A DNA stretch of 64,000 bases from the human T2T-CHM13v2.0 reference genome, Homo sapiens. The notes under the pieces were generated by a model. It saw only the letters and a program-made list of their open reading frames with translations, was not told where the DNA came from and made no database searches. The position numbers were made by a program, and so were the translations under genes. Positions 1 through 57,900 of the stretch are shown here, piece after piece. Positions within the stretch are counted from its first letter, which is position 1, and each line of letters opens with the position of its first letter. Where the stretch lies: assembly GCF_009914755.1 (NCBI RefSeq), contig NC_060925.1; one strand, given 5' to 3'.

Positions 1-169
1 CTATCATTACCACAAATATTTTATTAGTCTTTCTCTGAGTAATGGTACTTCTCGATATAAAAATGTTTAAAGTTCATAAAATTACTATAAAACGTATTAA
101 TATTGACATAGGTTTAAATGAAAATTATTTCAGACTTATCACAGCTCACTTTAAGATTTGCTTTTTTTT

Positions 170-1600
<1,431 letters not shown>

Positions 1601-1704
1601 TCTACAATTTCTTTAACTAATTATAAAGTAATTACTCCTAGCATTTATCTAAATCCCTCATTACTATTAATTACACCCAGTTTTCTCTTGCTCCTTCTGA
1701 ATCA

Positions 1705-10506
<8,802 letters not shown>

Positions 10507-11346
10507 GGCGACCGCTTCTACTCAACCACCCGCCAACTATCCGACTACCACCTCTCGTCACTTCCGCCCCCAACGTTCTTACGCACAGCCTCTTCCGGTC
10601 GTGGGGCCGAGCGGTTCCGGTGAAAATGTCGATTCCGATTGGACTCTCGATGATTTAAAGGCATCTGGCGTTTCTGAGGCAGGTAGGGTGTGATCTTCCG
10701 GGTTGCGCCTTAACCTTAAGAAAGATGGCTGCTGTGCCTACTATAAATGCGGAATCGGGGCTAGCTGAATCCATCTTTATCGTGGGCATGTTGTTAGACT
10801 AGAAGACAATATGCATGAGTCAGGAGATTAAACAGGTTTCTCCTCAAATTCCGCTACGTTTGTGTTGAGTCCTAGTTTCTGTCTGGGGAGACAGCCTTCC
10901 CGCGGCTTTTGCCCGTTTCACGTTTCTGTTACTTAGGAAAAGGAAAAGGATTCGTTGCAAAGATCATTTGGAGAATTTCTCTGTTTGTTTGCTTCATTTC
11001 TGTGCACCAAGCAGGGAATATAAAAATAAAAAGATGAATAAGCCGCAGGCCCTGCCATTCTGGTACTCTCAATGTGGCAAGGCAGGTACGCAGGCAAATA
11101 TGTATGATAGAGTTGTATATTAAGCAAAGGTCGAAGAAGATAAGCTGCTCATCTTGCTGGAGCGTTTAAGAATGGGACGCTAAAAAGCCGGTTGAGTACT
11201 GGAGAGGCGATCAAGCATAGGTTATGGAGCACCCTGTTCTGGCATCTGTGTACTTAACGGTTGAGCTGGCTGGAGTGGGAGGCCAGAAGATGAAAGGCCT
11301 TGAATGCTATGCTGAGGAGTTTGAGTTGATTCTGTAGGCTAAAGGT

Positions 11347-16207
<4,861 letters not shown>

Positions 16208-17559
16208 AGCAGTTATCTTAATTGCCAGATTAGCAGGGTGATTCTGGGTGGGCAGAGGAGTAGACATGGCCCCGAGAGACAGTGATGACACAGTCACACA
16301 GGAGCAGCCATGAGGCCAGAAGGTAGCCTGTGGGGCTCACCTGACCTTGGGCTGGGCACTCCCCTTCTGCCACCCCCTTTATACTCATCCCTGGTTCGAA
16401 AGCCCCAACATGTTGGCACCCAGCCTGTATCACTCTCACCTCTGGGTTTCTCCTATGTGTTCACAAGCCCACTGCTGATTTATTGTCGCAAAGGGCCCCT
16501 CTCTTCCCTCAGCACTCCAAAGGAACTGAACATCGAACGTTATCTTAATTAGCTGGCAGAGGGCAAGAAGGGGCTGAATATATTGGAATCCTTGAGAAAG
16601 CCTTACTCTTTTACCTATCCACCTCCTGCCTTCTCTTTGTCCCCACCTCAGCTCCTTCTGCAGTAGGTAGAGATGTAGGCAATGAAAGGGGAGGGCCCAA
16701 TGAAGCATTTTTTTTTTCCAGTTATGATTGAGATCATGGGGAGACAGGATGAGGTGTGGTGAGGGCGTATCTCAGGATCCTTAGCTCTGACATGGGGTTT
16801 GCAGGAGAGAGTAGGGGGACCGCTGAGCTCTGTCCACAGACTAGAGCAGGAAAGGGGGGAAAGGCGGCGATAGAGGTTAGCAGGAATGTTTAATTATCAG
16901 GAGCAGGAACAGAACTGAGGGCATGCCCAGGTCCACACAGGCCCTCATAGGCCCAGTGTTCCCAGTGGGGAGGAAACAGGAAGCTGTGACTTCCTCTCTC
17001 TTTTCCCTCCCTGCTCTTAGCCTCAAGGTCACTGCTGCTGAGATGAATTCCAACCTGTTTTAGTTGGCACTGTTCCCTGGGCATGGTAATAGCCTCTCAG
17101 TACCCTTCTGCCACAAACACCCCAAACTTCTCCTTTGAAATAATATTCATACAAATTGCTATTTCACATGTGTTCTCTCATTGCATCATGCCACTCCTGT
17201 GAAGCAGACTTACCTGAAAATTTTAAGCAAGAAAACAGGCTTAGGGGAGTAAAGTAACTCTCCCAGTCACACGGCTAGTGAGCAGCAGGTCTGGGACTCC
17301 GCAGCCTCCGCTCTTTCCTCTCTTGGACACCCATGCTGATTCCCTGCCTCTATGCCACCTCCCAGGCCCCTTGCTTTGGGCCCCAAGGGAACACTTTCTG
17401 CAGAGGAGGGAGGCCTCTGCACTGTTAGGAACAGAGGCAGCTCTAGTTTGGTTCCTGTCATCTCTGGGACAGGGAACCTCCAGCTCTCTCCCTGGGGTGG
17501 AGGCTTGGGGCTGCCCTCCATAGCGGGGTAACTCTCCCTTCTCCCCTCCCTCTCTGCCA

Positions 17560-17720
17560 TTTAGAGCCCCTCTTACAGGCGGGCGCATGCACATATACCC
17601 TGGCATTCAGGCTGTGCCTCGCCCTGCCCCACCTACCACCAATCTTGACCAACAGGAAGGTGGTGGGTTGTCCTTTCCACACCCCTCCCTCTGAGGTGTG
17701 GGCGTGGGCCAGGGCTCACC
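17560..17720 (+). promoter_or_regulatory. Putative RXFP4 proximal promoter
   Basis: NRF1-like GCGCATGCAC near 17583 and CACCC/GT boxes near 17677-17710, just upstream of the ORF; motif-only evidence. Confidence 0.35.
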
Positions 17721-17842
17721 AGAGGCCCCAGAGAAGCACTTAATTCTACAGCCTCCTTCCTAGAGCCTTCAGTGGCCTCTGCCAGTCTGGCAGACACTTG
17801 CAGACCTCTCTTCTCAGCACCACCAATCTCTGATGCCCTGCG

Positions 17843-18967
17843 ATGCCCACACTCAATACTTCTGCCTCTCCACCCACATTCTTCTGGGCCAATGCCTCCG
17901 GAGGCAGTGTGCTGAGTGCTGATGATGCTCCGATGCCTGTCAAATTCCTAGCCCTGAGGCTCATGGTTGCCCTGGCCTATGGGCTTGTGGGGGCCATTGG
18001 CTTGCTGGGAAATTTGGCGGTGCTGTGGGTACTGAGTAACTGTGCCCGGAGAGCCCCTGGCCCACCTTCAGACACCTTCGTCTTCAACCTGGCTCTGGCG
18101 GACCTGGGACTGGCACTCACTCTCCCCTTTTGGGCAGCCGAGTCGGCACTGGACTTTCACTGGCCCTTCGGAGGTGCCCTCTGCAAGATGGTTCTGACGG
18201 CCACTGTCCTCAACGTCTATGCCAGCATCTTCCTCATCACAGCGCTGAGCGTTGCTCGCTACTGGGTGGTGGCCATGGCTGCGGGGCCAGGCACCCACCT
18301 CTCACTCTTCTGGGCCCGAATAGCCACCCTGGCAGTGTGGGCGGCGGCTGCCCTGGTGACGGTGCCCACAGCTGTCTTCGGGGTGGAGGGTGAGGTGTGT
18401 GGTGTGCGCCTTTGCCTGCTGCGTTTCCCCAGCAGGTACTGGCTGGGGGCCTACCAGCTGCAGAGGGTGGTGCTGGCTTTCATGGTGCCCTTGGGCGTCA
18501 TCACCACCAGCTACCTGCTGCTGCTGGCCTTCCTGCAGCGGCGGCAACGGCGGCGGCAGGACAGCAGGGTCGTGGCCCGCTCTGTCCGCATCCTGGTGGC
18601 TTCCTTCTTCCTCTGCTGGTTTCCCAACCATGTGGTCACTCTCTGGGGTGTCCTGGTGAAGTTTGACCTGGTGCCCTGGAACAGTACTTTCTATACTATC
18701 CAGACGTATGTCTTCCCTGTCACTACTTGCTTGGCACACAGCAATAGCTGCCTCAACCCTGTGCTGTACTGTCTCCTGAGGCGGGAGCCCCGGCAGGCTC
18801 TGGCAGGCACCTTCAGGGATCTGCGGTCGAGGCTGTGGCCCCAGGGCGGAGGCTGGGTGCAACAGGTGGCCCTAAAGCAGGTAGGCAGGCGGTGGGTCGC
18901 AAGCAACCCCCGGGAGAGCCGCCCTTCTACCCTGCTCACCAACCTGGACAGAGGGACACCCGGGTGA
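17843..18967 (+). CDS. RXFP4: Relaxin family peptide/INSL5 receptor 4 (GPR100), intronless class A GPCR, 374 aa
   Basis: Seven hydrophobic segments; GN (TM1), LALAD (TM2), ARY in place of DRY, CWFP (TM6), NPVLY (TM7), N-glycosylation sites NTS and NAS; protein recognised. Confidence 0.97.
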   Translation: MPTLNTSASPPTFFWANASGGSVLSADDAPMPVKFLALRLMVALAYGLVGAIGLLGNLAVLWVLSNCARRAPGPPSDTFVFNLALADLGLALTLPFWAAESALDFHWPFGGALCKMVLTATVLNVYASIFLITALSVARYWVVAMAAGPGTHLSLFWARIATLAVWAAAALVTVPTAVFGVEGEVCGVRLCLLRFPSRYWLGAYQLQRVVLAFMVPLGVITTSYLLLLAFLQRRQRRRQDSRVVARSVRILVASFFLCWFPNHVVTLWGVLVKFDLVPWNSTFYTIQTYVFPVTTCLAHSNSCLNPVLYCLLRREPRQALAGTFRDLRSRLWPQGGGWVQQVALKQVGRRWVASNPRESRPSTLLTNLDRGTPG

Positions 18968-19195
18968 AGGGCGCAAGCTGAACACACTCCTCTTTCTGAG
19001 ATCCACCAAGTGTAGGATCCTTGAGTCCTGGGGAGAAGCTGCCCTCTCTGCCAGGCTGCAGTGCCCTCAGGGAAAAGTCTGATCTTTGATCCCCAACTCT
19101 GGGTGTGGTGAATGGGGGAGGCGGGGGCTCAGATCAGAGCTGGATGTGACAAAGCTTAAGTCTTTATTTGGAGATGGGAAAGAAGAGGATCTGAG

Positions 19196-19201
19196 AATAA
19201 A
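19196..19201 (+). terminator. Likely RXFP4 polyadenylation signal
   Basis: AATAAA about 230 nt after the stop, with T-rich sequence downstream. Confidence 0.6.
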
Positions 19202-19814
19202 CCTCTGGATTATCCACAAATTGTCTTGACCTTTTATCCCAGTTCCACCTCCAGTTCAGTATGGAACAAAAGGATTCGTTGCTCCATTTCTGCTTTCTGC
19301 AAGAATACCTAGGAAAACTTCCCTAAGGGTTCTAGGCTAATGAATCAGAGGTCAGTGCCCATCTCTCTCTGTACCCACCCCCCACCTCAAAACAGGGTAT
19401 CCCTTGTCTTTCTCCGGTATCAAGGCCAAAAATGCCAGCTTCCCCTGTCCTCACCTTACCATCTCAGTGGTGACCACTGAAACTTGCTGCCTGCAGAGGC
19501 CTCAGCTGCAAAAGCTGTAGTTCCCTTGAAGGGATGCCAGGTGTGGGGTATTGCTGGAATTTCCAGCACCTGCCAGGCCCTGGGTGTAAAACCCTGGTGC
19601 TGACGGGAGTGCCTGTGTGTCTCCCTTTAAATCAGGATTTGAAAGAAGTGAAGATAATGACAAGTCAAAGACATGGGTGGGGTGAAGGGAGGTGAGCGAT
19701 TAAAGAGGGGAGGGGGCTGGGAGAACAGGCTGCAGGTAGAGCCAGAAAAGCAGAGACCTCAGAAAGTGGTGCTAGTCCTCCCTGCCCCAAATGCAAAGCC
19801 CAGAGTATCAATTT

Positions 19815-20250
<436 letters not shown>

Positions 20251-21411
20251 GAGCTATTATTCTTACACCCTGTGTAAAATGGAGACAGAGAGATGGGAGG
20301 AAATAAGCGTGCAGCTGGGAGATGGGGATGGGGAACCATGTCTCAGCTGGAATGGTTGTATATGCTCTGAAGTGGGGTATAATGAAAGTCTCACATAAAG
20401 AACTCAGAGGTTGGCCCCTAAGCCCCTCTTGAAGGTGTGTTCTCCAGGACAGGGGTTCCTCTTTGGTTCCTGTATTGAGATGCATCAATGATAAAGGTTA
20501 GCCATCAGAAGGATTTTCTAGGAGGCAGCCCCTAGAAAGGAGGGAGGCAGAGGGAAGATGAGGTAGAGCTCCCACTTCCACTGCCCCCCCACCGCCCCCC
20601 GCCCCAAGCTCTCTGGCATGACTTGTAACCTATGAGGACGCAGGCTGCTCAGGCTCCTGGGGCAGCAGCTGGGAGCAGTGCCGCCTTATTAAGTGCAGAG
20701 CGCCCTGTGAAGGGGGAGGCCACAGTGCCTCCAGGTGCCCCCTGTCCCAGTTCCTTTAATTGCTGGGCAGAGGAGGCTCCAAAGAGGCACCCAATTCACA
20801 ACAGATTAAGCAATGTGAAAGGAACTTAATTAGCCTCTTGTTTAATTTCCTCTTTTTGATGATGTTTAAACTAGTTCCAAAACTCCACGTCTATTCCTAG
20901 CCCATGCAGGCAATGGAAAATCCCTCACCACCTAAGCACCCATCTTCCCACCCCAGCAGCTCCCTCTGATGGCTTTGCTGGGCTCCGGATATTGGCTCCT
21001 CTGGGGGCATCTCTGCTTTATGGGCCCCAGAGGTAAATATTGACAAAGTGTACACAGGTCCAAGTTAGAGATGAACTGCATGCACAAAGACCTACTCTTG
21101 TGGGGGAGTGGAACGAGGAGGGTGCAGTGGAGGATGGAGAAGGGAGGGCTGGGCAGAGCAGGCGGCCTGGAGCTCCCCTTGGAACGGAGGGAAGGCAATG
21201 TTTTGGTGAGAACCTGGGCCCTGGCTCCCTGGAACACCAAGCCAAATGGCTTTGAAACTTCAGCAGGAGGGACAGAGGTTAAGACTGTGGGTTCCCAAAA
21301 GTGGGTTAGGGAGGGGACAGGGGACACAACGGTGAAAGATGTGAGGAAGAGGCCTAGCTCTCAGGAGTAGACACATCAGACAAATGCTTGTGCCCCATGT
21401 TCTGGGGCTGA

Positions 21412-21413
<2 letters not shown>

Positions 21414-21443
<30 letters not shown>
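21414..21443. repeat. (GT)n microsatellite
   Basis: About 15 uninterrupted GT units. Confidence 0.95.
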
Positions 21444-21445
<2 letters not shown>

Positions 21446-21720
21446 AGGGGGTTGGTACGGGGTGGCAGAAGGGACAGCACTGCTTCAAAGAAAGCAGCGG
21501 GGGACTTCACACCCACTCTGGGCTGTGTCTCCAGGTTTCCATGTTCTCTGCTGACCAGCATCTCTCATTGGATCTGTGGGGCATTCTGGGAGAGCCTGCA
21601 TTCCCCTTTCTTGGTGGTCTCTGCATGCTGTCTAATATCCTCACCCTACCCCCACCTACCTTCCTTCCCCACCTAAAGGTGCCACCCTCACAGCTCTGGG
21701 TCGGAGATACTTCCAGCTGA

Positions 21721-22185
<465 letters not shown>

Positions 22186-22969
22186 TAGGTTTCCCGGCCC
22201 ATAAAATGAGAACAATTCCCCATTCTCAGGATCCCCGTAATGGCTGAGAAAGCACCTTGTAAAGGCTTGATGCTGGTGGATGAGAGTTACAGAAGGGGAG
22301 GGTGCTGGCTGCTCCCCCAGCCTGCTCCCCATGTGACTTCAATTCCTCTTTCTAGCTGAGGGCCTGAGCCCCCTTCTCCTGATCTGACCCCACAGGCTCC
22401 AACAGGGATGTGAATTCATACCAGCATTTATACAACCCTAGACTCTCACCTCCTCCCCTCCCCCACAGCCCCAAAGTAAGTACCAACTGGGAACAGGAAG
22501 TAAAACCAACTAAAACCAAGAACTGAAACCAGCTCATCTCTCACTGCCTCTCAAAGAGGGACAGTAAATGAGCAGCTCCTGTGACGGGTAACCCCAGGGC
22601 CCGACATCATGGAGATCAACAAGGGCCTAGTGGGGGATGGATCTGACAATGAATGACACTGGGGATGGGGGCAATAGGTGGAGGTGATTGCTGAGCATGG
22701 CATACAAATACGATGAACACACTTTTCCTGATACCGGAATTCCCAACATTGGAACCTGTGTGCCCCTTTGTTTTTATCCTTGTATTTGTGAATTAAAAAA
22801 ACAAAAAAAAGATTTGCAGTGGTTACTTTTGTTAGTGCCCCCTCTCTTCAGTGAGGCAGAGGCTGTCCTTGCGGTGAGAGGAAAAGGCCCCTTTCAGAGG
22901 AACTTAGGTCACTGCCCGGCTCTCTACTACCATCCTCCTCAGAATTGGCAGACATTATGGAAGACAGTA

Positions 22970-24062
22970 CCTTATGGAGTTCCAGGTTTTTAATTTTCCC
23001 TGAATTTTTTTTTTAAACAACAAAATTGGCAAGAAGAAAATTCTTCGACATTTGGGGGCTGGTCGACATTTGGGGGCAAGGGTTCCACTGAAAAATCCCC
23101 CAAATTCACGCTGAGGTTTCAGGTCATGGTTGCTGAGGTGGAAGATGAGGTCAGGGCTCTTGGAGATTTTCCAACCCACCCTAGAACTTGTTTCTAAATG
23201 GCTGGGGAAGAGGTCAGTATAGGTCCCCCCGTTACTGCAGATGAAGGCAGAAGTCATTCTCTCCCCCACCCCTCAACTTCTTCAGAGATGTGGAGATAGG
23301 AGGCTTCGATCTCTAATTGCCTACGATCTCTTAAAAATATAAAACACGTGCAGTTGACTTTGGTACAAAAAAGAAAACAAAAGAACAACAAAACATTCTG
23401 GTCCCTGTGGGTTTTTTCCCTCACCCCCAACAAACCATTATGGCCACCCCAACCTTTATTCCATCAACTCCAGGAAGCCAGGTTATCTCCCAGGGCTTCC
23501 ATGAAGGACGGAGAAAGGGAGAACAGCAGTAAGAGGTTGAGGGGAGAGGAGAAAGGGACATGGCCCTGCCCACAGCCCTCCTTTATTTAAAGGGCAGTAG
23601 GGTGCTGTGGCTGCAGCCTCTCCTCCAAGACGGATGTTGCAGGGGAGGGCCGTTAGGGCAAGAACCCAGCAGCTGCGTGGATGAGCCTGAATATACCCCA
23701 GTAGTGTTCAAGGACAAGGCCCTCTGATCCCTATGGCTTGGTTCCCATGTCCCTGGTCCTTTAAATCTCCCCTCTCCCCCCATAACTAATAAACAATAAA
23801 TAAATAAATTTTCCTAAAGTTGCGGGAAGAAGGCATGAACCACTGGCATCTGTGGTGTAGCTTTCGGATGTCCCAGGGGGTGTTGTGGCCTAATTCCCCT
23901 AGCTTCTTAAATGGCCCCAGGTATCCAAGGATCCCAAGAGCTGGCAAGGACAATTTGCAGTTCTTTCAAATGTTCCCTCATCATTGGCAAATTGGAGTCC
24001 CCAAGGTTAGCCCCCTCAGTAATGTTCTTCAGTGGGGCACGGGGCAGGGGGGAGGGGCCCCC
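22970..24062 (-). other. ARHGEF2: ARHGEF2 3' UTR with alternative poly(A) signals
   Basis: Repeat-free sequence after the stop; AATAAA at 23582-23587 and 23455-23460, distal ATTAAA at 22989-22994 (- strand). Confidence 0.7.
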
Positions 24063-54544
<30,482 letters not shown>

Positions 54545-54929
54545 AATCGGACGGGGGGACCAGGGAGGACGCGGCGCGGACCCCGGCGTCCTGTATTGTT
54601 GGGGGAAGGCGGGGGGAGGGGTTCGGCCCGCACGCGTTGGTCTCGGGGACAGGAAGTCTGACTCCCCTCGCCCGGCACCCAGCACCAGTTCCTCAAACCC
54701 GAGTCTCCTCCCCCGCCCAAGCTCAGGAAGGGGGTAGGCGGAGCGGAGGGAGGGCGGGGTGCCGGCGCGCAGGACGGGACGCCAGGGTTTGTGTGGGGGC
54801 AGCTCGGAGAGGTACGAGGGTCCTAGGACAGGTTTGAGAGGCCCCTCTGCCTATTTCCCCTCCAGCGCCTGGGGGCGCCCTCTAGCCCCAGAGACCCGCC
54901 TCTTAGCTCTTCTTTTCCTAAAACCCAGC

Positions 54930-57900
54930 CCCGCAGCCCTCGCCGGACCCAGGTTGGCCCTTTCCCCTCTCCCCTCCCCTTCTTCCCTTCTCCCCTCGCC
55001 CTCCCTTTTTCCCTCCCCTACTGCGTTACCTCAGTCTTTAAAGACCCGCAGGCAGGAGAATTCCATCCGCCCCCAGCTCTTAGAAAACCCAGGACCAGTT
55101 CCTTCCTGGCCTTCGGGGTCCCATCAAAGCAGGCCTGAGCAGACTGACCCCTTTTACGATTGGGGGCAGGGGTGGCCAGAGGGAGAGGAAATCAAAGGAG
55201 AACTAAACGCTGGATCTTCAGTACACGGGAAGGGTAGGATTCACTCCCAGAGGTCGAAGAACAGAGAGGAGAGAATTCTCCCACATGCCCCACCCTTCTG
55301 GGGCCTTCCTGACCCCACTCTGCCCTCCTCCTAGCTCCGCCTCTGCCAGCTACTTTGGGGGACTAGGTTGGGATTCTCCACTTTTACCGAAGGCCTTCCA
55401 TGTGTCTAACTGCAGTTCTCTCTGTTGCAAGTTAAGCCGGAACTGAAAGACCAGAAACCAGCCTGCCCTAGTCAAAGAAAGTTAGGGCCCAACCAGCCTC
55501 TCCCCAAGAAGCAGGGTAAGGTGGGGCATTCATCTCTCTGGACCCTTTTCCCCAGCCTGAGCCAGCCTTTGGGTGAGTTTCCTGCTATTGGGAAAATTCC
55601 TCCTCCAGTCTAACTATGATCACTTACAGTGAAGTTCATTTCTGCCTCTCAGGGTCTCCCATTTCTCTGGAGAAACCAGAAGCACAGAGAGGCCTGGGAC
55701 AGAGCCTTCGGTTAGCAGGGTCCTGCCTGATTCTGGCCCCAAAGGGCGTGGGAGAAGAAGGGAGGGAGGGGAGACCCAACCCAGATCCAGCAGTTCTCTG
55801 CCCTGGCTCAGCAGTGGGGCCAGGCTGCAGGTTTCAAGCCCAACTCAGCACTCTTGTAGGTGCCAATTTTAGCCTCTGCCACTATTTTTGGGCTCCACTA
55901 CCTCACCACTGGCTGAGCTGGTTGGGCTCCTCACCCCCAGCACTACCCCCACACTGCCCCTCCGGCTTCCCCTCCTTCCTAGCAACTCCTTCACCTCCTT
56001 CTTCACCCATTCCCCTGTTTAGAATCCTTAAATAGCAAAGACCAGGAAAAAGGAAGAGGAAATAAACCGTGCCCAGTTCAGGCTGGATGGACATTAGAAA
56101 GCAGGAAGGACTTCCCCAGGGCCACAGCTTGTTCTTCCTGGCTTGCACCTGCCAAGTATACCTACGGGGAGGGTGTAGGAACTCCCCCAAACCAAGAGGC
56201 CTGAGGCTCCTGGCCCCAGAACTCCAGACTCACCTCCCCTGAGGTGGGCAGCCAAGACTCAGGAATGTACTAAATTTAAAAACAGACAGCCAGAGGCTAG
56301 AATCTTGGCCTCAAGGTTCCACCCACTGGAGGCCCAGAGACAAGATCTGGGGTGGGACCTCAGCTTCTCTCCCAGGCCTGGGGCAGGAGGGTGCTGCAAG
56401 CTATGGATAGAATCTTAAAGGGCCACACTCCAGCCTGGGTACCCAGGAAACATAGAATTTGAACCCTGGGGTTTTTCAAGCGACCTCATGGTCCCTCAAC
56501 TCAACTAAGAAGGTCTCTATGAAAGAAGAGGACCCGACCCTCCAACTCTTTTCTGTCTCCCACCCCAACCTTCAGTCTACTTTCCATCCCACCTGCTGTT
56601 ACCCTACCCCTCACCCTATGCCCTCTTCTTCCCCTTAGGAGATGAATAACAAGGAAAGGGACTAGGGACAGGGAAAAGAAAAGTGTTCTGCCTTTAAAAA
56701 CACCTGTGTTTAGTGAGCTTGGCCTGCAGCTTGACTCAGTTTCCGTTTTCTATATCCTCTTGAACAATGAACACTTTTCCCTTCTCCTTGGTGTCACCTG
56801 CCCCCCTTTTCCAAGACCCTTCTTCATTCCAGCGCCCCCTCTACTCCTATCCAGTGATATCTTCCAGATTTTCAGAAATAATTTTTTAGATACACAGAAA
56901 CAAACATTTCTACCAGGATCTAAAAATAGCCATCACCTTCTTTAGCCCATTTAACTTGACGAAATGTGTCCCTCCCATTTCAGGGGTAGGGAGGAGGTCC
57001 CAGGGAAGAACCTGGTTGCCAAAGTCTCGGCCAGTTGGAGAAGAGATGGGTCTCCCGAGGATACCCAAGCCCAAGCTCTACACTGTCCCAAGGTGGTTTG
57101 TTTTTCTTCTTTCTTCTATTGGTCTGGACCTTGTATATTCTGGGAGGAGGTGATTAAGGCCAAATTGCCTTAAGTGGCCATCCAGCCAGAAGCTGGAAGA
57201 AGGGAAGGATGAGAGGGAATGAACTGTTGTGTTACGGCTATTGAGAGAAACAGTGGCAATACACAGCCAAAGCCCTGAGTTTCTAATATGGCGCCACCTC
57301 TTATGAGCTGTGAGATCTTGGGCAAAGTAACTAACCTTTAAGTATTTGTCTGTAGAATTGAGATTGAAATACTTATCTTTGCCAGAATTGTTATAAGAAT
57401 TAAATGAGTTGAAAGTGTTTCATCAAGTGTGCAATGCTACTCAAGTAGGAGGGACTAAGCTACTTCCTTCTCTCACTGCTTGACTGAGCTTCTCTCCAGC
57501 CCCACCCCCTGATGTTTACTGCTTATGGAGAAAGAGATTAAGTGAAGCAGGCCCACACATTCATGAAGGTGGAAGGAAGATGTAGCAGGAGATGGTGGAG
57601 AGGGAAACAGAGGAAGACAGGATGACAGACGTGGGGAGGAAAGGCTGAGCGAGGCAATGTCCTGACTCACTCTGGCGCTTCCCTCTTTCCCATCTGGGCT
57701 CCAGAGTCTCTGCCCTCATTCCCCTTCACCAGGTTGCTCAACCCTCCATCAGACTGTTAGGTCAAGGGTGGACAAACAGACCAACCGGGATCTGGATGGC
57801 CCCTGGGCAGTACTGACTTCCCCTACCATTCCCATGGCAAGAAAAGGGAGTGATTCCACTAGCAGACTCCCCTACCCTGCAGTGAGACAGCCTGTAGGAA

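Noticed and set aside
18302-18862. 186-aa antisense ORF inside RXFP4
   Set aside because: Shadow frame of a GC-rich CDS
54545-54685. In-frame non-AUG N-terminal extension of ARHGEF2 exon 1
   Set aside because: Open frames are expected in GC-rich DNA and the GTG lies at or near the likely transcription start; no positive evidence
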